64,000 bases of DNA, taken from positions 2,813 to 66,812 of the forward strand of contig JBDHGH010000005.1 of assembly GCA_039589995.1 (NCBI GenBank). The letters are read 5' to 3'. Under the pieces are notes generated by a model. That model saw only the letters and a program-made list of their open reading frames with translations, did no database searches and was not told the origin of the DNA. This document shows positions 50,207 to 58,233 of the stretch, piece by piece (positions within the stretch are counted from its first letter, which is position 1; each line of letters starts with the position of its first letter). A program made the position numbers and the translations under genes. This stretch comes from Gemmatimonadota bacterium (GTDB lineage Bacteria > Gemmatimonadota > Gemmatimonadetes > Palauibacterales > KS3-K002).

Positions 50207-50246
50207 CCGGCCGCTTCTGCATTTGGGAGGCGGCCGGTCCTTTTTG
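50207..50246 (+). terminator. Orphan plus-strand rho-independent terminator
   Basis: CCGGCCGC-15 nt loop-GCGGCCGG then TCCTTTTT. No annotated plus-strand CDS upstream. Confidence 0.45.
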
Positions 50247-50250
50247 TGGT

Positions 50251-50382
50251 ATTGGGAGTTGGTAAGTAAACGAGTAATAGAGCAATCGAGACTGCGAGTT
50301 TTGAGTTGGGTCTGTAGCACGCACCCACTTCCAACTCGCAGTCTCGATTGCTCTATTACTCGTTTACTCACCAACTCCCAAT
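50251..50382. repeat. 132-bp palindromic element: 50-bp stems with one mismatch and a 32-nt loop
   Basis: ATTGGGAGTTGGTAAGTAAACGAGTAATAGAGCAATCGAGACTGCGAGTT ... AACTCGCAGTCTCGATTGCTCTATTACTCGTTTACTCACCAACTCCCAAT. Confidence 0.8.
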
Positions 50383-50395
50383 CAACCGCTTCCCC

Positions 50396-51343
50396 CTACT
50401 TGTAAATCCGATAGGTCGGGTAAGCGAAGTCGATGGCGTCTTCCTCCGCAAAGCGGTCTAGGATCGCCTCGGAGAGCCGGTCGGTCAACGAGCGGCGGCG
50501 CCGCGCGGGCGTGAGGTTTCTGATCGTAAGAAGGATGCCGGAGTCGGCGATCTCCGTGTAGACGATGGGTGCGGTGGAGCCGAGGCGGAAGGCGTACTCG
50601 CGCTCGAGGTTCTCGAAGCCGGCGCGAAGGTCAGGCACGATCTCCTCGTACAGCTCCATCGCGACGTCTCGCATTATTTGGCGAGCTTGTTTCCAATCGC
50701 TCTCGAAGGTGACGAGTATTTGGATCTCCTGCCAGACCAGCGGATTCACCGTGGCGGACGAGATGACGTTCTTGTTGAGGAATACGCTGTTGGGGACCGA
50801 GACTATGCGTCCTGTGGATTGCAGAGCGTGGACCAGCGGCTCGCCGACCTCGAGCAGGGTCGTCTTGAGCAGGCCGATGTCGATGACATCGCCGATGACG
50901 CCGTCCACCGCGACCCGGCTGCCGATCTCGACGCCCCGGCGCGAATTGACGTAGATCCATCCGGCCAGACTGCGCACGACATCGGCGAGGGCGATGGTCA
51001 CAGCGGCCGCGATGAGCCCCAGGACCGTCCCGATGTCTGCCAGCGCCAGGTTCTCCGCGAACAGTGTGACGCCCGAGACGACCAGCGCGATCCAGAGAGT
51101 GTAGGTGACGACCTTGCGTAACTGGTGCCGCTGGTTGACGTCCTCGATGTGCCCCTCGATGGCGCGACGGATGATGCGCGAGAGCCCGTAGAGCGCGAGC
51201 CCGAGGAGCAGGAAGATCACCAGCTTCTCGAGCGAGCCACCGGCCGTGACGGAATCCCACAGCCAGTCCGCGAAGGCACCGACTTGGGATGCGCTCTCTT
51301 GCGCCGCCCGTGCGGGTGGTGTTTGTATGCCGAGGACGTTCAT
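50396..51343 (-). CDS. Small-conductance mechanosensitive channel (MscS family)
   Basis: Three TM helices plus an MscS beta-domain. Confidence 0.8.
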   Translation of the reverse strand: MNVLGIQTPPARAAQESASQVGAFADWLWDSVTAGGSLEKLVIFLLLGLALYGLSRIIRRAIEGHIEDVNQRHQLRKVVTYTLWIALVVSGVTLFAENLALADIGTVLGLIAAAVTIALADVVRSLAGWIYVNSRRGVEIGSRVAVDGVIGDVIDIGLLKTTLLEVGEPLVHALQSTGRIVSVPNSVFLNKNVISSATVNPLVWQEIQILVTFESDWKQARQIMRDVAMELYEEIVPDLRAGFENLEREYAFRLGSTAPIVYTEIADSGILLTIRNLTPARRRRSLTDRLSEAILDRFAEEDAIDFAYPTYRIYK

Positions 51344-51426
51344 GGTATTGCCAATATGGGCTTGCTTGCGTGGAACGCGCTACAGGCGCGACGCGCGAGT
51401 TCCCGCAGAACCTAGCGCATCGAAGA

Positions 51427-52359
51427 ATGGGTGACGAGCGTACTTCACGACCCAGTCGCATCAGCATACTGGCGGCCTTCGCCGCCATCTATCTGATTTG
51501 GGGATCGACCTACCTGGCGATTCGTTTCGCCGTCGAGACGCTGCCGCCGTTTCTGATGACCGGTGTGCGCTTCGTCGCAGCCGGGTTGGCCATGTACCTG
51601 TGGGCTCGATTCGCCGGGACGGCGCGACCGACTCGATCTCAGTGGGCCGCGGCCACACTCGTGGGCACGTTGATGCTGCTGTTCGGCGTCGGCATGGTCT
51701 CGTGGGCCCAACAGCGGATTCCCTCCGGCGCTGCGGCGTTGATAGTTGGTGTGGGCCCCCTCTCCATGGTACTGGTCGACTGGTTGTTCTTTAGAGGTCC
51801 TCGACCCGACGGCAAGATGATCACGGGCATCATGCTGGGTTTCGTGGGCGTAGCCCTACTCATCGGGCCCGAGCAGCTGGCGGGTGCCGGTCGCATCAAC
51901 CTGGTGGGCACCGGGGTCATCCTCTTTGGAACGATCACCTGGTCGTTCGGTTCGCTCTACTCCCGCGGCCCGCACCTGCCCAAGTCTCCCGTTCAGGCGA
52001 TAGGAATGGAGATGCTGGCCGGCGGAGTCGTTCTCCTAGTGGCGGGCACCCTCCTCGGCGAATGGAACGTATTGGATTGGAACGCGGTCACGACGCGATC
52101 GATCCTGTCGGTTGGTTACCTGTCTCTGTTCGGCTCGGTCATAGCCCTCGGCGCCTATCTGTGGCTGATGCGGCACGTCTCTCCCGCCCGCGTCACCACT
52201 CATGCCTACGTGAACCCGATCGTCGCGGTCTTCCTCGGCTGGACGCTCGCCGACGAAGCGCTGAATGCTCGAATCATCGTGGCGTGCGCGGTCATCGTTC
52301 TTGGCGTAGTAGTCATCACAGCGGGGAAAGAAACGCCGGCGGAAGTGGAGCATGGGTAG
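51427..52359 (+). CDS. EamA/DMT-superfamily transporter (two EamA domains)
   Basis: 10 TM helices. Start chosen at MGDERTS to avoid overlap with the divergent mscS. Confidence 0.75.
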   Translation: MGDERTSRPSRISILAAFAAIYLIWGSTYLAIRFAVETLPPFLMTGVRFVAAGLAMYLWARFAGTARPTRSQWAAATLVGTLMLLFGVGMVSWAQQRIPSGAAALIVGVGPLSMVLVDWLFFRGPRPDGKMITGIMLGFVGVALLIGPEQLAGAGRINLVGTGVILFGTITWSFGSLYSRGPHLPKSPVQAIGMEMLAGGVVLLVAGTLLGEWNVLDWNAVTTRSILSVGYLSLFGSVIALGAYLWLMRHVSPARVTTHAYVNPIVAVFLGWTLADEALNARIIVACAVIVLGVVVITAGKETPAEVEHG

Positions 52360-52372
52360 GTTTTGGTTTTCC

Positions 52373-52498
52373 GGGAGTAGGTGAGTAAACGAGTAATAGA
52401 GCAATTGAGACTGCGAGTTTTGAGTTTGGGCCTTGCTGGGAGGCCATTCCCAACTCGCAGTCTCTGCTTCTCTGTCACTCGTTTACTCACCTACTCCC
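52373..52498. repeat. Second, diverged copy of the 50251 palindromic element
   Basis: GGGAGTAGGTGAGTAAACGAGTAATAGAGCAATTGAGACTGCGAGTTTTGAGTTTGGG... shares about 45 nt with copy 1. Its right arm is degenerate. Confidence 0.7.
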
Positions 52499-52517
52499 AA
52501 ACCGCCCCGACCCCAAG

Positions 52518-53915
52518 TTAACTACCGGGCAGCGTTTCATCTTCCCTGACCCGAGAGGCGATCCCAACGCCAGTAAACCCATAGGCTACGGCAAACAAGA
52601 GGCCCGTGTAGTTGAACACCGCCCAGGGCAGGTAGGACAGCGTGGCGACGCCCAGTGTGGCTGCCATGAACACGCCGGCGGCCGACCACGGGATAAGAGG
52701 GACGACGACGGTGCCGCTATCCTCGAGCGTGCGTGAGAGGTTTTTCGCAGCAAGCTCGCGTTGCCGGTAGGCCGGCGCGAACAGTTCGCCGGGTAGGAGA
52801 ATCGTCAGGTAGCTAGAGCCCGTGATGATCGCCGTGAACACCGTCGATCCGACGGTCGCCGCCACTAGTTGGCCGGTGGTACGCGTGGCTCGGAGCAGGT
52901 GGCTGAGGGCGAGGTCCAGCAGTCCGGCGCGGTTGGCGATTCCGGCGAACGAGAACGCCGCGAAGACGATGAGGGTGACCTCCATCATCGGGCCCATTCC
53001 GCCCCGAGATAGCAGGTTGTCCACCGCCGAGTCTCCGGTGTTCGCGGCGTAGCCCGTCACCATCGCGTCTAGCACATCCGAAAGAGCCTCGCCTTGAACG
53101 ATCACGGCGATCGCGGCCGCCACCGCCGCTGCCAGCAGGATGCCTGGTACCGTGGGCTTCTGTCGTACGGCGAAGTACAGCACCACGGGGAGAGGCAAGA
53201 GCACCCAGGGATTCATGACGAAGGCACCGTCCAGCGTCTCGAGGATCGCCGCGACCCTCTCGGGCGATGCGGCACTGCGGCTGTTCAATCCGACGATCAG
53301 GTAGACGAGAAGGCCTAGCGTCCATGCCGGCAGCGTCGTCCATAGCATGTGACGGATGTGATCGAACAGATTCGATTGAGCGGCCACCGGCGCCAGGTTC
53401 GTCGTGTCCGAGAAAGGCGACAGCTTGTCACCGAAGTAGGCGCCGGCAACAACCGCGCCTGCGGCAGCACCCAAAGGCACGCCGAGGCCTGCGGCCACGC
53501 CCATGAGCGCGATGCCCATCGTTCCCACCGTCCCCCACGACGTACCGGTGAAGAGCGAGATGAGCGAACAGAGTATGCAGGCGGTGACCAGAAAGAACTG
53601 CGGCGAGATGGTGTGCATGCCGAGGCGCACCAGGTACGGGATCGTTCCCGCCGCGATCCACGATGCGATGAGCGCGCCCACGCATACCAGGATCAGAACC
53701 GCCGGCAGAGCCTTGGCGATGCCTTCAATGATCCCGGCCTGCAGTTCCCCCCACGTGTACCCGAGTCGATAGGCGACCAGGCCCGCAATGGCGGCGGCCA
53801 CTATGAGCAGGATCTCGATGCGCAGGCGATAGATGCCGTAGCCCACCCCGAGCAGGATGGCCATCGAGATGAACGGGAGGAACGACTCGAACGTCGTGGG
53901 CTTTCTAGTAGACAT
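52518..53915 (-). CDS. nhaC: Na+/H+ antiporter NhaC family
   Basis: About 12 TM helices. NhaC family N-terminal region. Confidence 0.8.
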   Translation of the reverse strand: MSTRKPTTFESFLPFISMAILLGVGYGIYRLRIEILLIVAAAIAGLVAYRLGYTWGELQAGIIEGIAKALPAVLILVCVGALIASWIAAGTIPYLVRLGMHTISPQFFLVTACILCSLISLFTGTSWGTVGTMGIALMGVAAGLGVPLGAAAGAVVAGAYFGDKLSPFSDTTNLAPVAAQSNLFDHIRHMLWTTLPAWTLGLLVYLIVGLNSRSAASPERVAAILETLDGAFVMNPWVLLPLPVVLYFAVRQKPTVPGILLAAAVAAAIAVIVQGEALSDVLDAMVTGYAANTGDSAVDNLLSRGGMGPMMEVTLIVFAAFSFAGIANRAGLLDLALSHLLRATRTTGQLVAATVGSTVFTAIITGSSYLTILLPGELFAPAYRQRELAAKNLSRTLEDSGTVVVPLIPWSAAGVFMAATLGVATLSYLPWAVFNYTGLLFAVAYGFTGVGIASRVREDETLPGS

Positions 53916-53918
53916 CGA

Positions 53919-55172
53919 TCAGCCGTGTCGGATCCAGCGCACCAGCTCGGGCAGAGTTGGCCGCTTACCGGTCATCAACAGGCCGACCCGGTAAATGCGT
54001 CCGCCGATCCAGGCGACCAGCAGGATCGTGGCGAACTGCAGCGCGAAAATCAGCGGGATTTCCCACAGCTCCACCGAGCCGAGCACATACCGGGCGATGA
54101 AAAGCACCGGGGTGAAGAAGGGGATCCACGATAGCACGGCCGAAGCCGTGCTGGCCGGTGATTCCAATACGACGGGAATGACCAGAATCGGTACGATCAC
54201 CAGCATCGTCACGGGGAATTGGAGCTGCGATGCTTCCTGCTCGGTGCTAGCGATGGCTCCCACCGAAGCGTACATGCCGCCGTACAGGAAGTAGCCGGTG
54301 ATGAAGAGACCGAGGAACAGCACCAGTGTGTCGGGCCCCACCGGGATGTTCTGCAGGAACTCGACGCCCGCGAGCGCTTCAGCGCTGGCGATGTAGACCA
54401 GGGCGAGCGCGATGAAGGACAACCAGACGGCCATCTGGGTGAGTCCAACGGCGCCGACCCCGAGGATCTTCCCGAGCATCAACTGCCACGGGCGTAGGCT
54501 CGAGAGAATGATCTCTACCGTCTTGCTCGATTTCTCCGCGACGGCGGCGCGCAACATCATCGCTCCGTAAAGCAACACCACCATGTAGATAGTGAGTGCC
54601 AGAATGTGGGCAGCGATGACCGACTGCCCCTCTTCGCGAGCCGCGCCCTCTTCGGTGACCCGATACGTCTCGAGATCGACGGACCGCGTGAGCAGGTCGG
54701 CGGCCTCGGGCTCGAGCCCAAGCGCTCGCGCCTGGACCCGTTGCGCGGCCTGAGTGGCGGCGGGCTCCAGCGTCCCGTTCACCAGTGACGGCCCGATGTC
54801 ACGGCCCCAGAACTCGATCTTCCCGCCGTCCAACAGGTTCGAGGGGACGAACATGTAGCCGGAGATCTCCTCTGAGAGGGTCTGCGCCTGAAGTGCTTCC
54901 TTTGCAGCCTCGCTGCCGCCGCTGGGGGGCGGTCTGTAATGAACCCGCTCCTCCACGAACGCCTCGGTTCTCAGCAGCTCGGCGGTGAACTCTCCGGTTT
55001 CGTCGACTACGCTGATCTCGATGACCCGTTCGGCGCCGCGCACGGCCAGCAAGATAGGAAGCGCCATGGCGGCGACGAGCAGGACCGGTGCCAGGATGGT
55101 GGTGACGATGAACCACTTGCTCCGGACCCGGGCGAGGTACTCGCGACGGAGGACCGCGATAAGCTTATTCAC
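53919..55172 (-). CDS. ABC-2 type transporter permease (NatB-like, large extracytoplasmic loop after TM1)
   Basis: TM1, a roughly 150-aa loop, then 5 TM helices. 8-nt overlap with the ATPase gene. Confidence 0.6.
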   Translation of the reverse strand: MNKLIAVLRREYLARVRSKWFIVTTILAPVLLVAAMALPILLAVRGAERVIEISVVDETGEFTAELLRTEAFVEERVHYRPPPSGGSEAAKEALQAQTLSEEISGYMFVPSNLLDGGKIEFWGRDIGPSLVNGTLEPAATQAAQRVQARALGLEPEAADLLTRSVDLETYRVTEEGAAREEGQSVIAAHILALTIYMVVLLYGAMMLRAAVAEKSSKTVEIILSSLRPWQLMLGKILGVGAVGLTQMAVWLSFIALALVYIASAEALAGVEFLQNIPVGPDTLVLFLGLFITGYFLYGGMYASVGAIASTEQEASQLQFPVTMLVIVPILVIPVVLESPASTASAVLSWIPFFTPVLFIARYVLGSVELWEIPLIFALQFATILLVAWIGGRIYRVGLLMTGKRPTLPELVRWIRHG

Positions 55173-56082
55173 GGGCCCTCGACACGAAGATCTCGTGGAG
55201 TGACGGCTCGCTAACCTCGAAGCGGCTGACGGTCGCGCCGGCCCGGACGGCCGCCTCCAACAACTGTTGTGGTTCCACGCCGTCTCTCAGAGAGACGGCC
55301 ACGTGGGTGCCTCGATCCTCGACGCTCGCGACCAGCGATTTGTCTTTGAGCAGTCCGTCCTCGGCGTCCAGGGAGAGGAGGATTTGGCGGTGTCCCTCCA
55401 GCCAGGCTTCCCTCTTGATCTCGGACAGCGTTCCATCGAGCACCTTGTGAGCGTCCTTGATCATCACGACGCGCTCGCAGAGACGCTCGGCCTGGTCCAT
55501 GTTGTGGGTCGAGAGCAGTATGGTGGCGCCGCGGTTCCTTTGCTCGAGGACGATCTTCTTTAGGACGTCGACGTTCAGTGGGTCGAGCCCCGAGAACGGT
55601 TCATCGAGGATGAGGAGATCGGGTTCGTGCAGCACGGTGCCGATGAACTGGGCCTTCTGCTGCATTCCCCGGGACAGCTCTTGGACCTTCTTGTCGGCCC
55701 ATTCTCCCAGGTCCAGGCGTTCGAGCCATTCGGTGGCTCGCTCGCTCGCCACCTTTCGCCGCATCCCCTTCAGCTCGCCTAGAAACACGAGCAGTTCCAA
55801 CACCTTCATCTTGGGATAGAGTCCGCGTTCTTCGGGCAAATACCCCACGCGGTCGCGGGTCTCGGGGGTCAGCGTTCCTCCCAGTACCGCGACCGCTCCG
55901 CGATCGGCTCCAATGATGTCGAGGATAATTCTTATCGTGGTGGTCTTGCCGGCCCCGTTTGGCCCGAGTAGCCCGCAGATCGTCGCGCGCGATACCTGAA
56001 GGTCGAGATCCTCCACCGCGACTTTCTCGCCGTAGGCTTTGTAGATGCCGTCGAGCCTGATGGCTGGGTTGTTTCTGTCCAC
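55165..56082 (-). CDS. ABC transporter ATP-binding protein (NatA-like, with a C-terminal accessory domain)
   Basis: Walker A GPNGAGKTT, signature LSRGMQQK, Walker B LILDEP. Confidence 0.85.
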   Translation of the reverse strand: MDRNNPAIRLDGIYKAYGEKVAVEDLDLQVSRATICGLLGPNGAGKTTTIRIILDIIGADRGAVAVLGGTLTPETRDRVGYLPEERGLYPKMKVLELLVFLGELKGMRRKVASERATEWLERLDLGEWADKKVQELSRGMQQKAQFIGTVLHEPDLLILDEPFSGLDPLNVDVLKKIVLEQRNRGATILLSTHNMDQAERLCERVVMIKDAHKVLDGTLSEIKREAWLEGHRQILLSLDAEDGLLKDKSLVASVEDRGTHVAVSLRDGVEPQQLLEAAVRAGATVSRFEVSEPSLHEIFVSRARE

Positions 56083-56133
56083 TGCGGTGCGATGCTACCT
56101 CTCCTGTAACCTCCCTGCAACCCCCTCTTCTCT

Positions 56134-56269
56134 TACTCCTACTCCTAATCGTACTCGTACTCGTACTCGTACTCGACTCCAAAGGTCTGGAAGGATTGGG
56201 ATTGCGAGTAGGAGTACGATTAGGATTAGGATTACGATTACGATTACGATTACGATTAGGAGTAGGAAG
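56134..56269. repeat. About 135-bp array of degenerate hexamers (TACTCC/TACTCG/TAATCG ; GATTAG/GATTAC) with overall dyad symmetry
   Basis: (TACTCG)x4 and (GATTAC)x4 perfect tandem runs flanked by variant hexamers. Lies in the divergent promoter between the ABC ATPase gene and nhaP. Confidence 0.75.
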
Positions 56270-56311
56270 CACAGGATACCAATCCGGGGCTCACTGCACT
56301 AGCTTGCGCCC

Positions 56312-57913
56312 ATGCACGAGACGGCTCTGATAGTGGAGTTGCTTGTTGTCGCGATACTCGTTGCGATCGTAGTGAAGTACGTCCGCCTGCCCTACACGAT
56401 CGCCCTCGTCTTCGCCGGAGTTGGGGTCGGGTTCCTGCCGGTGGTCCCCGCCTTCCCCGTCGCTCCCTCGTTGTGGCTGCTGCTATTCCTGCCGCCGCTG
56501 CTTTTCGAGGGCACGATCAACATGGATCTCGAGCTGCTCAAGCGTTATGCGACGCCAGTCGGTCTGCTCGCCTTCTTGGGCACTTTGGTCTCGGTCGTAC
56601 TACTGGCGACAATCTTCCACTACCTGCTTGGGCTTCCCGTCGTCCTGGCCACTCGGTTGGGCGTCATGCTCAGCCCCACCGACCCAGTCTCGGTGCTGGC
56701 GCTGTTCAAGGAGTACGGAGTAGCGCGCGGCCTCCAGACCATCGTCGAAGGCGAGTCGGTCTTCAACGATGGCGTGGCCGTCGTGCTGTACATCATCGTG
56801 CTGCACGTGATCGGCGGCGAGTCAGTGACGGTGGTGGAGGGGATCGTCGAGTTCTTCAAGGTCGTGGCCGGCGGCGCGCTGGTCGGCGCGATCCTCGGCT
56901 ATCTGACCCATCGGCTCTACTCCCAGATCGACGATCACCTCATCGAAGTCGGGCTTTCGCTGGCCCTGGCCTACGGATCTTACCTGGTCGCCGAGCGTTT
57001 GGAAGTCTCGGGTGTGATCGCGGTGGTGGTGGCCGGGCTCATCATCGGGAACTACGGCCGCATCTTCTCCATGAGCCCCAGCACGCGATTGAGCCTGACT
57101 CACTTCTGGGAGGTCGGCGCGTTCCTCATCAATGGGCTGCTGTTCCTGTTGATCGGGCTCACGGTCGAGCGCGGCGAGCTGTTCGGCTACGCCGGCCAGA
57201 TCAGCCTCGTCTTCGTCGCGATGATCGTCGTGCGGTCGGTCGTCGTCTACGGAACGCTGGGCGCGCACCAGGGCGCATCGCGCAGGTCGCTGCCCGCCGG
57301 CTGGGTGCATGTCGTCAATTGGGCCGGTGTTCGCGGCAGCATCCCCGTCGCCCTGGCGTTGGGACTGCCGGCAACTGTCCCCGAGGTCGGCCGCCTTAGG
57401 GCGATCACTCTGGGTGCCGTGTTCCTGTCGCTGGTCGTCCAGGGGATGACCATCAAGCCGCTACTGGAGAAGCTGGGTTTGGTCCGGCGCTCCGAGGAGC
57501 AGAAAGCCTTCGAGCGGGCCCAAGGCGAAGCGATCGCGGCCAACGCGGCGCTGAACGAGTTGGAGGGTCTGCATCGAAGCGGCGAGATACCCGATGTCCT
57601 CTATAGAAAGCTGGTGGACTACTTCGGCGGCATTCGAACCCGGACGACCGGAGAGCTGGCCCGAATGACCGAGGATGATGGCGCCGTTCGGCGTCGGCAC
57701 CTGGCTCGAGTCAGCACGCAACTGTTCGCCGCGGAGCGGGTAGCACTAGACCAGGCCCTGCGGCGTGGGCTGTTGGGTGAAGAAGTGTGGCGCGAACTCA
57801 AGGAAGAAGTGGACGCGCTGCTGGTGGGCGGCGAAGAGGAAGGTTGGGAGCATCTTTGGCACGAGGAACACGTCGAGCTCGACGATGAAGAACTAGCGCA
57901 GGACGACTCCTAG
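56312..57913 (+). CDS. Na+/H+ exchanger, CPA1 (NhaP-type) with a C-terminal cytoplasmic regulatory domain
   Basis: 12-13 TM helices with CPA1 motifs. Roughly 130-aa hydrophilic tail. Confidence 0.85.
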   Translation: MHETALIVELLVVAILVAIVVKYVRLPYTIALVFAGVGVGFLPVVPAFPVAPSLWLLLFLPPLLFEGTINMDLELLKRYATPVGLLAFLGTLVSVVLLATIFHYLLGLPVVLATRLGVMLSPTDPVSVLALFKEYGVARGLQTIVEGESVFNDGVAVVLYIIVLHVIGGESVTVVEGIVEFFKVVAGGALVGAILGYLTHRLYSQIDDHLIEVGLSLALAYGSYLVAERLEVSGVIAVVVAGLIIGNYGRIFSMSPSTRLSLTHFWEVGAFLINGLLFLLIGLTVERGELFGYAGQISLVFVAMIVVRSVVVYGTLGAHQGASRRSLPAGWVHVVNWAGVRGSIPVALALGLPATVPEVGRLRAITLGAVFLSLVVQGMTIKPLLEKLGLVRRSEEQKAFERAQGEAIAANAALNELEGLHRSGEIPDVLYRKLVDYFGGIRTRTTGELARMTEDDGAVRRRHLARVSTQLFAAERVALDQALRRGLLGEEVWRELKEEVDALLVGGEEEGWEHLWHEEHVELDDEELAQDDS

Positions 57914-57941
57914 ACTTGAGCGACGTTTGGAGGGGGTGCAC

Positions 57942-58223
57942 ATGGCGGAGAAACGTAAGCGACTCATTTGGTGGCTACTGCCGCGGCTGCTGATATTCGC
58001 CGCCGGCGTGGCGGTGGGATACTACGCTCGCACCAACGAGTTGGACCGGCTGGAGGAGGTTTACGAACAGACGGTCGCCGAGTTTCAGCAGTTCAAAGAG
58101 AACACCGAAGAGATGATCGAGCGGGGCCGCGCTGCGGGTGAGAGCCTGAAGTCGGGCGCCGAGGCGGCGGTAGACAGCACGAAAGCTGCCGTAGAGTCGA
58201 TCAAAGGCGAAGGCAACGACTAG
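57942..58223 (+). CDS. Small N-terminally membrane-anchored coiled-coil protein (YtxH-like?)
   Basis: ATG at 57942 with a GGAGGGGG RBS. One TM helix, then a helical Glu/Ala-rich region. Confidence 0.4.
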   Translation: MAEKRKRLIWWLLPRLLIFAAGVAVGYYARTNELDRLEEVYEQTVAEFQQFKENTEEMIERGRAAGESLKSGAEAAVDSTKAAVESIKGEGND

Positions 58224-58233
58224 ACGCTGTGCG

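Noticed and set aside
49795-50250. Glycine riboswitch upstream of gcvH
   Set aside because: Searched the minus-strand leader for GGAGAG, ACCGAAGGAGCAA and CUCUCAGGC aptamer motifs. None are present.
50159-50405. ORFs 50184-50405 (+), 50159-50374 (-) and 52206-52490 (-) sharing the peptide SKRVIEQSRLRV...KTRSLDCSITRLLT
   Set aside because: They are read from both strands of the palindromic repeat elements. The shared protein sequence is a consequence of DNA dyad symmetry, not a conserved gene.
55601-56302. ORFs with RTRTRTR, ITITITI and NRNRNRN repeats (56045-56302 +, 55601-56272 -)
   Set aside because: Translation of the hexanucleotide tandem array, which overlaps the real ABC ATPase gene.
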